A stretch of DNA of 64,000 nt, taken from assembly GCA_051313645.2 (NCBI GenBank), contig JBNRSN020000010.1:2294001-2358000 (forward strand), written 5' to 3'. Origin of the DNA: Centroscyllium fabricii. Taxonomy: Eukaryota. Below, piece after piece: positions 23,701 through 37,711 of this stretch (positions are counted from its first letter, which is position 1; each line of letters begins with the position of its first letter). The translations under genes and the position numbers were made by a program. Under the pieces are notes generated by a model that was given only the letters and a program-made list of their open reading frames with translations, was not told the origin of the DNA and did not search any database.

Positions 23701-24883
23701 TCTTCATCAATGTATGTTTTCATTCAAACTCCCGCCAATTCAAAACCTCTTATTGAATAATCCATCATTCATCTATCCATCACCTCCACCATTCATCCAA
23801 CAATTCAACAATGATCTATCCAGGATTCCTTCCAAATAACCATCAATCAGACAGCCATCCCTTCAACCATTCATCCATTCATTGAACCACCCATCTATGT
23901 GTCCGTCAATCCCGCAAACATTCATTCAACCAGCCTTCTAAGGAAACCTCCATTCTAATATTCCGTAATCCATCCATGCAAACAATTATATATTCAACTC
24001 TCCCTCCAATCATTGACATCGCCACACTTGAACCAACCAGTAAACTAAATATCCATTCATTCATTAATCCATTTATTAATTCAACTACCTGTCCATCCCA
24101 AACATGTGATCAAGCGTCCACCCATTCAACTTCCCATCCATCAAACTCTCCCTCCATTCATTAATCACTCCGCTCATTCAACATCCTGTTATTCACGCAT
24201 TCCCTTATTTCGCCCCTTTATCAGTTCAGTAACCTTTCCATGCAACAATCCCTATGATAAACGAGCCAGCTATTCAGCACTTCCGTCATTCATAACTAGA
24301 TCCGTTCAACTGCTCATCCATTTCACAATTCCTCTTATCAAACTCCCATCCACACAAATACCTCTCCATTCCAAATCTCTATATTCATTATGCTCTCAAA
24401 TCGACAACTAATCCGTTCAGCATGCCCTTGATTCTTTCATCACTCCATAAAATCAAACAACTCACCATCCAGCACTCCTTGCAAACATCCATCCAGCCAC
24501 TCGAACATCTGGCAGTCCAGCGCTCCCTTCGATCATTCATCCATCCATTGGAAAATGTGGCTATTCACCCCTCGATCCAAACATCGCACAAACCATCCAT
24601 AAAACCAATTGTCCTTACAGCTCTGCCTCCATTCATTCACATCGCCAATTTTTATAACACCCCACCAATGGCCCCTCCATTCATTCATCACTTTATCAAT
24701 TCAACTACATTCCCATACCAAAATTCTGCCCAATAATCCATTCAATCAAATTACCACCCATCCAACTCTCCCTACATGCATTTATCTCCAATTAGTTCAA
24801 CCACCCTCTGATCCATCTTCCACACCATTTATTCATCCCTTTGTTAATTAACCTGCCTTTCTACCCAACAATCTCTCCGATCA

Positions 24884-25292
24884 GTGTGGCACGGTGGCAC
24901 AGTGCTTTGCACTGTTGACTCACAGCACTGGAGACCCGGGTTCAAATCCAGCCTCGGGTACTATCTGTGTGGTGTTTGCACATTCTCCTTGTGTCTGCGT
25001 GGGTTTCCTCCGGGTGCTCTGGTTTCCTCCCACAGTCCAAAGATGTGCGGGTTAGGTTGATTGGCCAGGATAAATTGACCCTTGGTGTTTGGGGGATTGA
25101 ATATGTGGGGTTACGGGGATAGGGTGGGATATGTGTCGGTGCAGGCTCGATAGGGATCAAGGGATATGGGGGAGCGCAGGGGCGGGATACTGGTTTGGGA
25201 TGATCAGCCATGATCTCATTGAATGGCGGAGCAGGCTCGAAGGGCCGAATGGCCTACTCCTGCTCCAAGTTTCTATGTTTCTATGTTTCTAT
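24884..25292 (+). mobile_element. HE1/V-type SINE, duplicated paralog of the 15700 insertion
   Basis: Same flanks and the same diagnostic variants (gtgctttgcactgttgactc, ctccaagtttctatg). Confidence 0.9.
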
Positions 25293-26883
25293 CAAGCAGC
25301 CAAACAACCATCAATCACTTCATTAATTCATCCCTACATCCATTAAACTACGTGCCCATCTCATCCGTCTAATCAACAATCCATCCACATAAACACTTCT
25401 CTATTTAAAACGTCTATATTCATTCTACTCTAAATCGAATGATCATCAGCCCAGCACACACACTATTGTTCCAGCCCTCCACAAATTCAACCACTTCTCA
25501 AACCAACATTCCTTCCAATCATCAATCCATACACTGAACCATTCACTCAAGATTCACACCAAACATACACTGATTTAAAATAATACAACACGCTCTACAA
25601 TCTTCCCTGTAGCCATCCATCTATTCAGTCATTCATTCAAACAGTCATCCATTTAACAAATATTCCATTGTTCATTGTCTTCTTTTTCCTCGCCATTATT
25701 CATCAAATCTACCAATCATCCATTCAACAACTCCCCAACCAGTATTTCTTCCAAACATCTGTCCATCCAGGCACGGACCTGGCCGCCCAACGCTCCCTTC
25801 AATCATTCATCTATCGATTGAAGCACCATCCATTCATCACTCTCTGCAACCATCCAAGTATCCATCCATTCACTCAAGTACGGTCTCTATTATTTAATCC
25901 TTCCAAAATTGAACCACCTCCATCCAAAATTGCCTCCAATCATAAACAACTCAATACACTGATTGCCAGTCATCTAATGAACACTGCAATCATTTATGTT
26001 TTCTTCCATTTATGCATTCATTCAAACTCCCGTCCATTCAAAACCTCATTGAATAATCCATCATCCTCAATCCATCACCTCCACCAGTCATCCACACAAT
26101 AGCGCCCATTCCAACATTGCTTCCAGATCTTTATCAACCAACTGACCATATCTTCAGTCATTCATCCATCCATTCAAACACTCAGCCATCCATTACTCCT
26201 TCCAACCATTCAACTATCCATCAGTCCAAACAGCCTTCTGTGCAAACCTCCGATCAAATACCATAATCTATCCAATCAACCAATTATCAATTCCACTCTC
26301 CCTCCATTCATTGACATTGTCATACTTTAAACCACCCATTAATCTAAATTCCCCTTGATTCATTTATCTCTTCATTATTTCAAACGTATTTCTATCCCAC
26401 AAATCTGATCTATCGTCCATTCTTTCAACTTTCCATCTATCCAACTCTCCCTCCATACATTCAACTCTCCACTCATTCAAACACGCATCCAAACCCAATA
26501 CCATTATTTCTTCCCTTTATCAGTTCAGCTACCTTTCCATCCAACAATCCCTGTGATAACCACCCCAACAATCCACCACTCGCTTCATTCATTTATTCAG
26601 TCATCTCTAAATCCTCAGCTGAATATCCTCTCAATTCCTCCAATTAAACGCCAAGTCGCACAAATACTTATCTATTCAAAATATCTGTATTCATTCTACT
26701 CCGAATAGATAACTCATCCATCCAGCAAGTCCTTGAGACTTTCCTGCCTCCATATGTTCAGTCATCGCTCCATGCAGCATTCTGTTCAATCATGAATTTA
26801 CCCATTGACAGAACCATCCGTTCATCCAGCATTGCCTCCAAAGATCAGCCAATCCATCCAGTAATGTCCAATCATTCAACATT

Positions 26884-27612
26884 CATAAGAACATAAGAAC
26901 ATAAGAAATAGGAGCAGGAGTAGGCCAATCGGCCCCTCGAGCCTGCTCCGCCATTCAACAAGATCATGGCTGATCTGATCCCAACCTCAATTTTATTTTT
27001 ACTCTCCACCCCGCCCAGACCAATGTGATCACCTGGGAGAGGTGAAAAACCAGATAGAAAAAAAAAAAAGTAGCCAATTTTGTAGAAAAAAAATCAGGAA
27101 AATTCCTCTCCGACCCATCTAGGCGATCGAAAACTGGTCCAGGAGATCACATGGCCGATCTGAACTGAGCCTCACGTCCACTTACCAGCCCGTTCACCAT
27201 AACCCCTAATTCCCTTTAATTCCAGGAAACTGTCTATCTCAGTTTTAATTTTATTCAACGTAGCAGCTTCTACAGCTCTCTGGGGCAGCAAATTCCACAG
27301 CCGCACCACCCTCTGAGTGAAGAAGTTCCCCCTCATCTCAGTTTTGAAATGGGAGCCCCTTATTTTAAGATTATGCCCCCTAGTCCTAGTCTCACCCACC
27401 ATTGGGAGCATCCTCACCGCATCCACCCGATCAAGCCCTCTCACAATCTTATATATCTCAATAAGATCGCCCCTCATTCTTCTGAACTCCAATGAGTAGA
27501 GGCCCAATCCACTCAGCCTCTCGTCATATGTTAGCCCCCTCATCCCCGGAATTAACCTAGTGAATCTTCTCTGCACTGCATCGAGAGCAAGTATGTCCTT
27601 TCTTAAATAGGG
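26884..27612 (-). mobile_element. 5'-truncated CR1 LINE, duplicated paralog of 17678-18401
   Basis: Same truncation point, same junction filler and near-identical ORF2 fragment (27172-27576). Confidence 0.93.
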
Positions 27613-29376
27613 ATTAAGAATATCCTCTCAATTCCCTACAATCATTCATCGATCCATCCTTCCATCTGTTCAATCATTCATTCAATCACTCATCTATCCC
27701 ACCCCCCTGCTGTCCAATACTTATTCGATTAATCTTCTGTTCATCACAGCAACCTATCATCCAACCCACTCATGCAATACCACCCTGCTCAGCAATCATT
27801 CCAAAAATCGATCCATTCACTCCACCACCTGGGAGTACAGCACTGCATTCATTCATTGATCCATCTATTGAACCATCGATCCATCCATCACTCCATCTAA
27901 CCAACCATCCATTCACTCAATTAAGCTTCTATCCAATAATCCTGCCGAACACCCGACAATCCATCAATTCAACAAATTCTCCATCAATGTTTCCCTCCAT
28001 CGTTTCAAATCAGCATTGATTTAACCACCGGTCCATTCAACTTCCCATCGATTCATTCATTCCTTTATCAGTTAAACAGCCTGCCCATCCCACAATCTAT
28101 CTGATCAACCACCCATCCATCCAACACTCTCTTTGTTCATTTAACCTTTCATCCATTTAACCAAAGTTCCACACATCACTCCCTGACTTAATTCATCCCT
28201 TTCTCCGTCAAATATTATCTCTAACCAATCACTATACCACACAAACTCCTCTCTTCCTTACACACTCACTAATGATTCTACCCTTACCCCACAGCTCATA
28301 AATCCAGTGCACCTTCTAATCTTTCATCCCCCATTGACTCGACCACCTCTCCTTCCAACATTTTCTCCAATCTTTATACAATCCATCCAGATATGCAATC
28401 GTCGAATACTGCCTACTGTAATTCATTTTGATTTCCATTAATGCCTTCACTCAACCTTTCATCCTTTCAACACCTCTTTTCAATATCCATCATGCATCTA
28501 TGCATCACCTCAACCAATCACTCATTCATATATATCTTCACCCTCCAACCATCCAAACATTATTCTATCCAACACTCCCTCCAAACATACCGCAGATCTT
28601 CCATTCAAGCAAATATCCATTCAAATCTACCTCCATTTATTCATCATTGTTATTCTTCAAATCACTCATCCAACGAATGTCCCCTTTACACATTCATCCC
28701 TTTATCAATTCAACCACCTTTCCATCCCAAAGTTCTTACCAATAATCTGCCCAATGAAGTAAACATCCACCCAAATTTGCCAACATGCATTTATCATCCA
28801 CCCATTCAACCACTCTCTTGTTCAACTTCCACACCATTCATTCATCTCTATCAATTAACCTGCCTTTCTATCCAGCAATTTCTCTGTACAACCACCCAAA
28901 ATCTATACTCCCTTCATTCATACATCCCTACAGCTACATATCCCTCTCAAAATCCCTCTAATCATTCTCCCATCCACACAAACAGCACTCTATCCAAATA
29001 ACTATGCATTCTACTCTCAATTGACATCTCGTGCATCCATCCAAAGGTCATTTATTTATTTATTTATTTAACACTCCATAAATTATAACGTCTTTCCTTC
29101 CAACATTGCCTCCAATAATCATTCAAACCATTCAAAACTCCACCCAAACATCAATCAATGCAATCAATAAATCATTCATTCATCCAACCACCCATTGAAA
29201 CAACATAGCCTCCATTCATCATTAAGTCCACCACTGGTTATCAATAATCCAATACTCGCTACAATTATTCATTCTTTCATCGATTTATGCATTCATTCAA
29301 ACTCTGATCCATTCAAAACCTATTCAATTCAATAATCCATCATGCATCGATCCATCACATCCACCAGTCATACCAC

Positions 29377-29779
29377 GGGCGGCACGGTGGCATAGTGGTT
29401 AGCACTGTTGCCTCAGAGCACTAGAGACCCGGGTTCAAATCCGGCCTCGCGTACTATCTGTGTGAAGTTTGCACATTCTCTCTGTCTGCATGGCGTTCCT
29501 CCTGGTGCTCCGGTTTCCTCCCACAGTCCAAAGATGTGCGGGTTAGGTTGATTGGCCATGATAAATTGGCCCTTAGTGTTAGGGGGATTGAATGTGTGGG
29601 GTTATGGTGATTGGGGGCGATATGTGTCAGTGCAGGCTCACTAGGGATCGAGGAATATGGGGACAAGGCAGGGACAGGGTACTGGGTTGGATGATCAGCC
29701 ATGATCTCATTCAATGGCGGAGCAGGCTCGAAGGGCCGAATGGCCTACTCCTGCTCCTATCTTCTATGTCTATGTCTAT
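29377..29779 (+). mobile_element. HE1/V-type SINE, third paralog of the 6292 insertion
   Basis: Same flanks and tail as the 6292 and 20301 copies. Confidence 0.9.
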
Positions 29780-31843
29780 CCATTCAACACCACACCATTC
29801 AGCACTCCTTCCAAATATCCATCTAGCCACTGAAATACCTGGCCCTCCAACACTCCCTTCAATCATTCCTGCTTCCATTGGAAAACACATTTATCCATCG
29901 CTCCCGCCAAATATCCCACAATCCATCGATAAAACCAATTATCCATTTAACTCTACCTCCATTCATTCACATCACCATTCTTTCAACCAGCCATCCAATG
30001 TCCCCTCCATTCATTCCTGTCCATTAATCTACTTGTCCCTTCCATTATTTAGACCAATAATCCATCCATTACGCATAGAAATCCATTTAACTCTCACTCC
30101 ATTCTTTGACATTGGCACTCTTTGAACCACCTAATCTAAATTTCCCTTCCTTCATTAATCCCTATATTAATTTAAGTACCTTTCATTGCCAAAATTTTGA
30201 TCTATCTTCCATCCATTCAACTTCCCGTTCTGTCATCTCTCCCTTCATTCAATCATCTCTAGACTCATTAAAGCACCCACTCATCTCCTACTTCATTAAT
30301 TCATCCCTTTCTCAGTTCAACTATCTTTCCATCCAATAATCCCTGTGATAACCAATCCAATCAACAATCTCTCCCTTCATTCATTCAACCCTACATCTTT
30401 TCAACTGCATATCCCTCCCACATTCCCTCCCACATTCCGCCATCCACACAAACACCTCTCTATCCAAATCTCTCTATTCATTCATCTCTCAATTGACAAC
30501 CCATGGATCCAGGACTCCATTTATTATTTCATCCCTTCAGTTATGCATTACCCCATCCACAGTACTAGCTGGTCACTCAGCATGGCCTCAACGATCAGCC
30601 TATCCATTGAGTTATTTCCAATTATTCAACACCCCCAACAATCATTAATTTATCCATTCATCTATCTGTTCACTCATTCATTGAAGCACTCACCCAGCCA
30701 ACACCCCTGCTATCCATTAAGCATTCCATCTTTTCATCTATTCATCACAGCAAAATATCATCCACTCACTGAAGAACTCCCCGCCCAGCAAACCTTCCAA
30801 AGATCCATCCATCCAGTCCACCGCCTGGAAATCCAACGCTGCATTCAGTCAGTCATTCATCTGTTGAACTTCCATCTATTCATCACTCCAACTAATTATT
30901 GATACACCCATCCATCCACTCAATCCAGCTTCTATCCAACACTCACGCCAAACATCCCACAATCCAACAATCAACACATTCTCTATTATATCCCCCTTCA
31001 TTGGTTCACAACTGCATTGAATAAACAACCAATCAGTTCAATTGCCCCTTGAGTCACTCCTCTCCAGCATTAAAATTACAGTCCCTCTGATCAAACACCC
31101 AGCCGTCCAAAACTCTATACATTCATGCCACAATCCCTTAAACCAAATCTCCAAACCTCACTCCCTGGAATCACTCATCCATTATCCATTCAATTGCCGA
31201 CCCATCTCACAATCACTCTAATCGATCACACATCTACTCAACCTCCTCTCTATCCAGCACACTCACTATTGATTATATTCTCAAACCACAGCTCATCAAA
31301 CCAGTGTGCCCATTACTATTCTATGTCTCTCCATAGTCTACCGCCTCTCCATCCAATATTAACTCCAATAATCTTTAATTCAATCGAAAATTCATTCCAA
31401 ACATCAATCAATCAATCCAATCAACAAACCTTCCATTCATTGAACAGCGCCTCGAGTCATAAATAAATCAATCCATTGAAAAATCCATTGCCTCCAATCA
31501 TAACTCAATCCATCCACTGGTTATCAATAATCTAGTACTGCCTTCAATTATTCATTCTTCCATCGATCTATGGATTCATTCAAACTGCCATCCATTAAAA
31601 ACCTATTCTATTCAATAATCCATCATTTATCTATCCAGCACCTGCACCAATCATCCATCCATTGAGGACTGTGCCATCCAGCACACCTTCTGGACACCCA
31701 TCCAGCCATTCAAAAACCTGGCCATCCAGCGCTCCCTTCAATCATTCATCGATCCATTGGATAACAATTCTATCCCCCTCTTCCTCCAAACATCTCACAA
31801 TCCATTCATCCAACCAATTAAAGCATTCATCACTCCCTCCATT

Positions 31844-32244
31844 ACATAGAAACATAGAAGATAGGAGCAGGAGTAGGCCATTCGGCCCTTCGAGCCTGCT
31901 CCGCCATTCAATGAGATCATGGCTGATCATCCAAACCCAGTACCCCGTCCCTCCTTGTCCCCATATCCCTCGATCCCTATCGAGGCTGGACTGACATATC
32001 CCACCCTATCCCCGTAACCCCACATATTTAATCCACCTACCACTAAGGGTCAATTTATCCTGGCCAATCTACCTAACCCGCACATCTTTGGACTGTGGGA
32101 GGAAACCGGAGCACCCCGAGGAAACCCACGCAGACACGGGGAGAATGTGCAAACTCCACACAGATAGTACCCGAGGCTGGATTTGAACCCGGGTCTCCAG
32201 TGCTGTAAGGCAACAGTGCTAACCACTGTGCCACCGTGCCGCCC
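31844..32244 (-). mobile_element. Full-length HE1/V-type SINE, independent insertion
   Basis: Reverse complement of head (gccaccgtgccgccc), core and CR1 tail. Empty sites at ~8760 and ~22762. Confidence 0.9.
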
Positions 32245-32988
32245 TAATTCACATCGCCACAATTTAAACCACCCATCCAAAGACACCTCCACTCATACAT
32301 CTATTTATCAATTCAACTCAATTTCCATCCCGAAATTCTGCCCAATAATCCATGTGATGAAATAAATAGCCATGTAACTCTCTTACATTCATTTATATAG
32401 CATTCAAGTTACCACCCTCTCATTCAACTTAAATGACATTCATTCATCCGCTTTTCAATTAAACTGCCTTTCTATCCAACAATCTCTCTGGTCAATGAGC
32501 CAACCATCCACCATCCCTTTTTCATTCATCCCTACATCCACTAAATTATATGTCCATCTCTAAATCCCATGAATCAATAACCCATCCATTCAAAAACCCT
32601 ATCCAGAACCTCTCTAATCATTTTACTCCCAATCCAATGATTATCCACCCTGCACACTCTATTGTTTCAGCCTTCCATAAATTCAACCACTTCTCAGTTC
32701 AACAATCCTTCCAATCATCTATCAATCCAAACACAGAACCAGTCGTTCAATATTCCCTCCAAACTTAAACTGACATAAAATTATCCAACACACCCAGCCA
32801 TTTTGCATTTACAGTTATTCATTTATTCATTCAAATACTCCCCGCTATTCAATAATTATTACATTATTCATCACTTTTTTGCCATTTTTCATCAATACAA
32901 GCAATCATACATTCAACAGCTCCACATTCAGCATTCATTCCAAGCATCTGTCCATTCACACACGCAGCTTGCCATCCAACACTCCCTT

Positions 32989-33741
32989 GCAGTAGCCGGT
33001 GACGTCCGCGGTGTGGGACTGTGAAGCAAGGGAGACCAGGTAGCACGTGGGCCGGATCTGCAGTCCGTAGCGCTGCGCTGTATTGGGGTGAATGAAGCTC
33101 TCTGTGCTTCCGGTGTCGAACAGGCAGTTCGTGACATGGCAGGTGATGGAGGCAAGATGGCAGCGCGCATAGACGCAGCGGCTTTGAGTCTCCGAAGGAA
33201 ATGATGTCCGCTGGTCTCCGTACTGGTTCTGAGCGTGGCCAGGCGCCGGTAACGTCGAGGCCGTCGTGGCTGGAGCCTGCCTGGCCCGAGCATCGGGGCT
33301 GGAGCGTCGGGGCCATCGGGGCCGTTGTGGCCGGGCGCTAGGAGCTTCGGGGGCTGCGTGGCCTGTGCATCGGGGCCAGGAGCATCGGGGCCTGTGTGTC
33401 GGGCGCTAGGAGCTTCGGGGCCTGCGTGGCCTGAGCGTCAGGGCCAGGAGCGTCGGGGCCGGGCGCTAGGAGCTTCGGGGCCTGCGCATCGGGGCCAGGA
33501 GCATCGGGGCCTGTGTGTCGGGGCCAGGAGCATCGGGGCCGTCGTGGCCGGGCGCTAGGAGCTTCGGGGCCTGCGTTGCCTCAGCGTCGGGACCGTCGTG
33601 GCCGGTGCAGGGGGGCGTTATGGACCAGACTGGGACTTACAGGAGAGGACATTTTAATATCTATTGTTTCTTTGGGAGATTGCATGTTCGCATTTCATTG
33701 TATTGTGTTGTTCACGTTACAATGACAATAAATTGAATTGA
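32989..33741 (+). mobile_element. GC-rich non-autonomous retroposon with Rex/Babar-like 3' end
   Basis: Sharp compositional insertion. Ends aatgacaataaa(ttgaa)2 and contains caagatggcagcgc. Comparison with the empty site at ~23492-23510 shows ~5 bp of target lost and no TSD. The family assignment rests on tail style only. Confidence 0.6.
33288..33605 (+). repeat. GC-rich minisatellite inside the retroposon
   Basis: Variant units of ggagc(a/t/g)tcggggcc, with gggcgctaggagcttcgggg recurring four times. Confidence 0.85.
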
Positions 33742-36538
33742 ATTCTTGTCTCGTTTAAACCACCATCCATTCTTCACACTCCAACTATCCAAGCATCATC
33801 CATTCACTCAGCTACGGTCTGTATTCCATCCAAATTTGAACTGCCTCTCCACCCAACATTGCCTCTGATCATCAATCACTCCATACACTGATTTCCAATC
33901 ATCCAATGCTCCCTGCAATCATTTATCAATTTATGCCTTCATTCAAACTCCAGTCAATTCAAAACCTCCTATATTGAGTAATCAGTAATTCATCCATCCA
34001 TCTACTCAACCAGTCATCCACCAATTCAACAGAGGCCCATCCAAATCTGCTTCCAAATATCAATCAATCAGCAGTCCATCCCTTCAGTCATTCATCCATC
34101 CATTGACCCATCACTCCATCCGTCACTCCTCCAAAAATGCATCCATCATCCATCCAACCAGTCTTCTAATCAAACCTCCATTCTAATATAACAATCCATC
34201 CATTCAAACAATTATCCAATTAATTCTCCCTCTATTAATGGACATTGCCACACTTTGAACCACACATTAATCTAAAATTGCGATCATTCATTAATCACAT
34301 TATCAATTCAACTACCTGTCCATCCCACACACCTGATTAATTGTCCATCCATTCAAATTCCCATCCATGCAACTCTCCCTCCATTCAGTTATCTCTCTGC
34401 TCATTCAACCACCCATCCATCTTCCATGCCAATATTTCATCCCTTTATCAGTTCAACACACTTTCCATCCAACAATCCCTGTGATAACCGACACAAACAT
34501 CCAACCCACCTTCCTACATTCATCCCTATATCCATTCAACTGCTTATCCGTCTAACAATCTCTCTGATCAAACTTCCATCCACACCAATACCTCTCTGCC
34601 CAAATCGTTGTACTCACTCTTCTCTCAATCGACAATTCATCCATCCAGAATGAAATTGAATCTTGAATTGCTCCATAAATCCAACCACCTCCTCAGTCAT
34701 CCAATACTCCCTAACATCATGAATTTATCCATCCTTCCACCTGTTCATTCATTCATTCAGTCACTCATCCATTCAACACCCCTGCTTTCCAATAATCGTT
34801 CCTTTATTCCTCTATTTATCACAGCAACGTATCATTCATGCATTGAACAACTCCCCACCCAACAAACCTACCAAACATCCATCGATCCACTCCACCACCT
34901 AGAAATCCAGCACTCGCTTCAATCATTCATCCATCTTTTAAGCCATCCACCCATCCATCACTGCCCCAAACCATTCAACCATCCATTCACCCACACAATC
35001 AAGCTTCTGTTCAACTGTCTCGCCAAACTGCCCACAAACCTTCAACAGAAAATATCTCCAAGAATCTCTGACTACTTCGTTTCACATCAAAATTGATTAA
35101 ACCACAAATCCGTTCAATGTCCCCTGGATTCATTCATCCATTTAACAATTAAACTGCCTGCTCATCCCTCAATCGCTCTGATCAAACACCCATCCATTCA
35201 ACACTCTGTTTATTCATACATCCTTTAATCCAGTTAACCAAATCTTCACCCATCATTCCCTGGATTATTCCTGCTTTCTCCATTGAATTGTCTATCCATC
35301 TCTCATCTCACTTATCAATCACACATCCACCCTTCCTCTTCTATAACCAGAACATTCAATATTTATCCTACGATCAAACCACATCTCATCAATCCAGAGC
35401 GGCCTCTATTCGTTTATCTCTGTATAAATTCTATCACCTCTTCATCCAACATTTCCACCAATCTTAATACAATCCATCCACTGATAAGAAATCTTCGAAT
35501 TCTCCCTGCTGTAATGCAAGCTTCTTTGTATTTATGCATTCACTCAACTTCTCATCTATTCAAGAATTGTTCTATTCAATAGTCCATCATTGATCTATCC
35601 ATCACCTCAACCAATCACTCATGCATCCATTAACTCTCCATCCATCACTCCCTATAACCATCCATCAATCCAACTACTCTTCAATCGCAACTCCAAACAT
35701 AGAGCAATCCATCCATTGAAACAATTATACATTCAACTCGCCCTCCATTCATTCACCATTGCTTATGTCCAAACCAATCATCCATCGAAAGTCCCCTTTT
35801 TTATTCATCCCTTTATCAATTCAACATCCTTTCCATCCCAAAATACTGACCAATAATCCATCAATCAAATAAAGATGCACACAAATCTCTCTATGCATTT
35901 ATCTTCCAAACCATTCAACCACCCTCTCATTAAACTTCCACACCAATCATGCATCAGTTTCTGAATTAACCTGCTTTTCTATGCAACACATTCTCTGATC
36001 AACCACCCAACCATCCTCCACTCTATTCATTCATTCATCGTTACCCCCATTCAAATGCTTATCCATCTCAAAATCACTCTAATCAATCTCCCATCTACAT
36101 GAACACCTCTCTATCCAAACGTCTCTATTCATCCTACTCTCAATCAACAACCGATCTATAAAGCAACCCGCCATAAACTCTATCGCTTCTCCAACCAAAA
36201 TTGCCACCAGTAACGATTCAATCCATCCAAAGTTCCCTCCAAACTTCGATCAATCCAACCAATAAAACTTCCATTTATCCAACATTGCCTCTAATCATAT
36301 TTGAGTCCATCCATTGAAACGTCCATGTATTCAACAATGCCTCCAATCAAAATTAAGGCCAACCATTGGTTATCAGTAATCCAGGACGCCTGTCAATTAT
36401 TCATTCTTCCATCGGATTATGCATTCATTATAACTCTCATCGGTTCAAAACCTATTCTATTCATGAATCCATCATTCATCTATCCATCAGCTCCTCCAAT
36501 CATCCATCCATTCAACCTCACCCCATCCAGCACTCCTT

Positions 36539-36703
36539 ATAGAATCATAGAATCCCTACAGTGCAGATAGAGGCCATTTCAGCCCATCGAGACTGCACCG
36601 ACACATATCCCACCCTATCCCCGTAACACCACATATTTAACCACCCTAACACTAAGGGTCAATTTATCCTGGCCAATCAACCTAACCCGCTCATCTTTGG
36701 ACT
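36539..36703 (-). mobile_element. 5'-truncated HE1/V-type SINE with the short tail variant
   Basis: Minus strand ...gggttaggttgattggccaggataaattgaccc...gtcggtgcagtctcgatgggctgaaatggcctctatctgcactgtagggattctatgattctat. Empty site at ~40575. Confidence 0.87.
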
Positions 36704-37681
36704 TCTAAAGATCCATCTAGCCAATCCAGCACCTGGCACTCCAGCGCTGCCTCCGATCATTCATCCATCCACTGGACAACACATCTATTCACCCCTCCAT
36801 CCAAACATCCCAGAATCTATTCATCAAGTCAATATCCTTTCAGCTATCACTCCATTCCTTCACATCTCCACTCTTGATGCCATCCCTCCAGATTCTCTAC
36901 CATTCATTCTTCACCGTATCATTTCAGCTACCATCTCATCCCGAAATTCTGCCCAATAATCCGTTTAATCAAATAATGACCATATGACTCTCCTGAAATG
37001 CTTTTATCTCAATTTATTCAGCCACCGTCTGACCCAACTTTCACATCATTCATTCATCCGTTTATCAAATAACCTGCCTTTCTACCCAATAAACTCTGTT
37101 TAACCAGCCAAACCCCCATCACTCCCTTCAATAATTCATCCCTGCATCCATTAAACTACATGCCCACCTCACATCCCTCAAATTAATTACACATCCACAT
37201 AAACACTTCTTTATATAAAATTTCTATATTCATTCTACTCTAAATCCAATGATCATCCACCAGGCACACCCACTATTGTTTCAGCCCTCCACAAATTCAA
37301 CCACTTCTCAATCCAGCAATCCTTCCAATCACCAATTAGTTCATACACTGAACCATTCAGCCAATATTCCCTCCAATCTTCAACCAACCATACACTGATT
37401 ACAAAAATGCAACACTCTCTACATATTTAATTTACCCATCCATCGATTCAGGCATCCATTCAACAAACTTTCCATTATTCATATTTTTTTCCTTGCCATT
37501 ATTCATCTATGCATCAAATCAAGTCATCATCCATTCAACAACTCCCCAATCAGCATTCCTTCCAAACATCTTTGCATCAAGGCACGCAACTGGCCATCCA
37601 GCACTTACTTCAATCATTCCTCTATCGATTGAACCACCATCCATTCAACACATTCTCTAATCATCCAAGCATGCATCGATT

Positions 37682-37711
37682 CATAGAGTCATAGAGTTAT
37701 ACAGCACAGAA
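37682..37711 (-). mobile_element. ~30-bp CR1/SINE tail remnant
   Basis: catagagtcatagagttatacagcacagaa, i.e. minus-strand ttctgtgctgtata(actctatg)2. Confidence 0.65.

Larger units (their letters stand above)
165..34300. repeat. ~9.1-kb higher-order tandem repeat (one deleted 5.3-kb unit, two full units, one partial unit)
   Basis: Marker atccattcaaatcta(a/c)ctccatttattcatca starts at 165, 5494, 19508 and 28615. Spacings are 5329, 14014 (9198 without the Gypsy element) and 9107. Shared SINEs (6292/20301/29377 and 15700/24884) and a shared CR1 (17678/26884) recur at the same period. The right boundary is approximate. Confidence 0.9.

Noticed and set aside
32864-33736. ORFs or a CRISPR-like array in the GC-rich insertion
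   Set aside because: The units are degenerate and adjacent, without unique spacers. The context is eukaryotic with no cas genes, and the ORFs are repeat translations.
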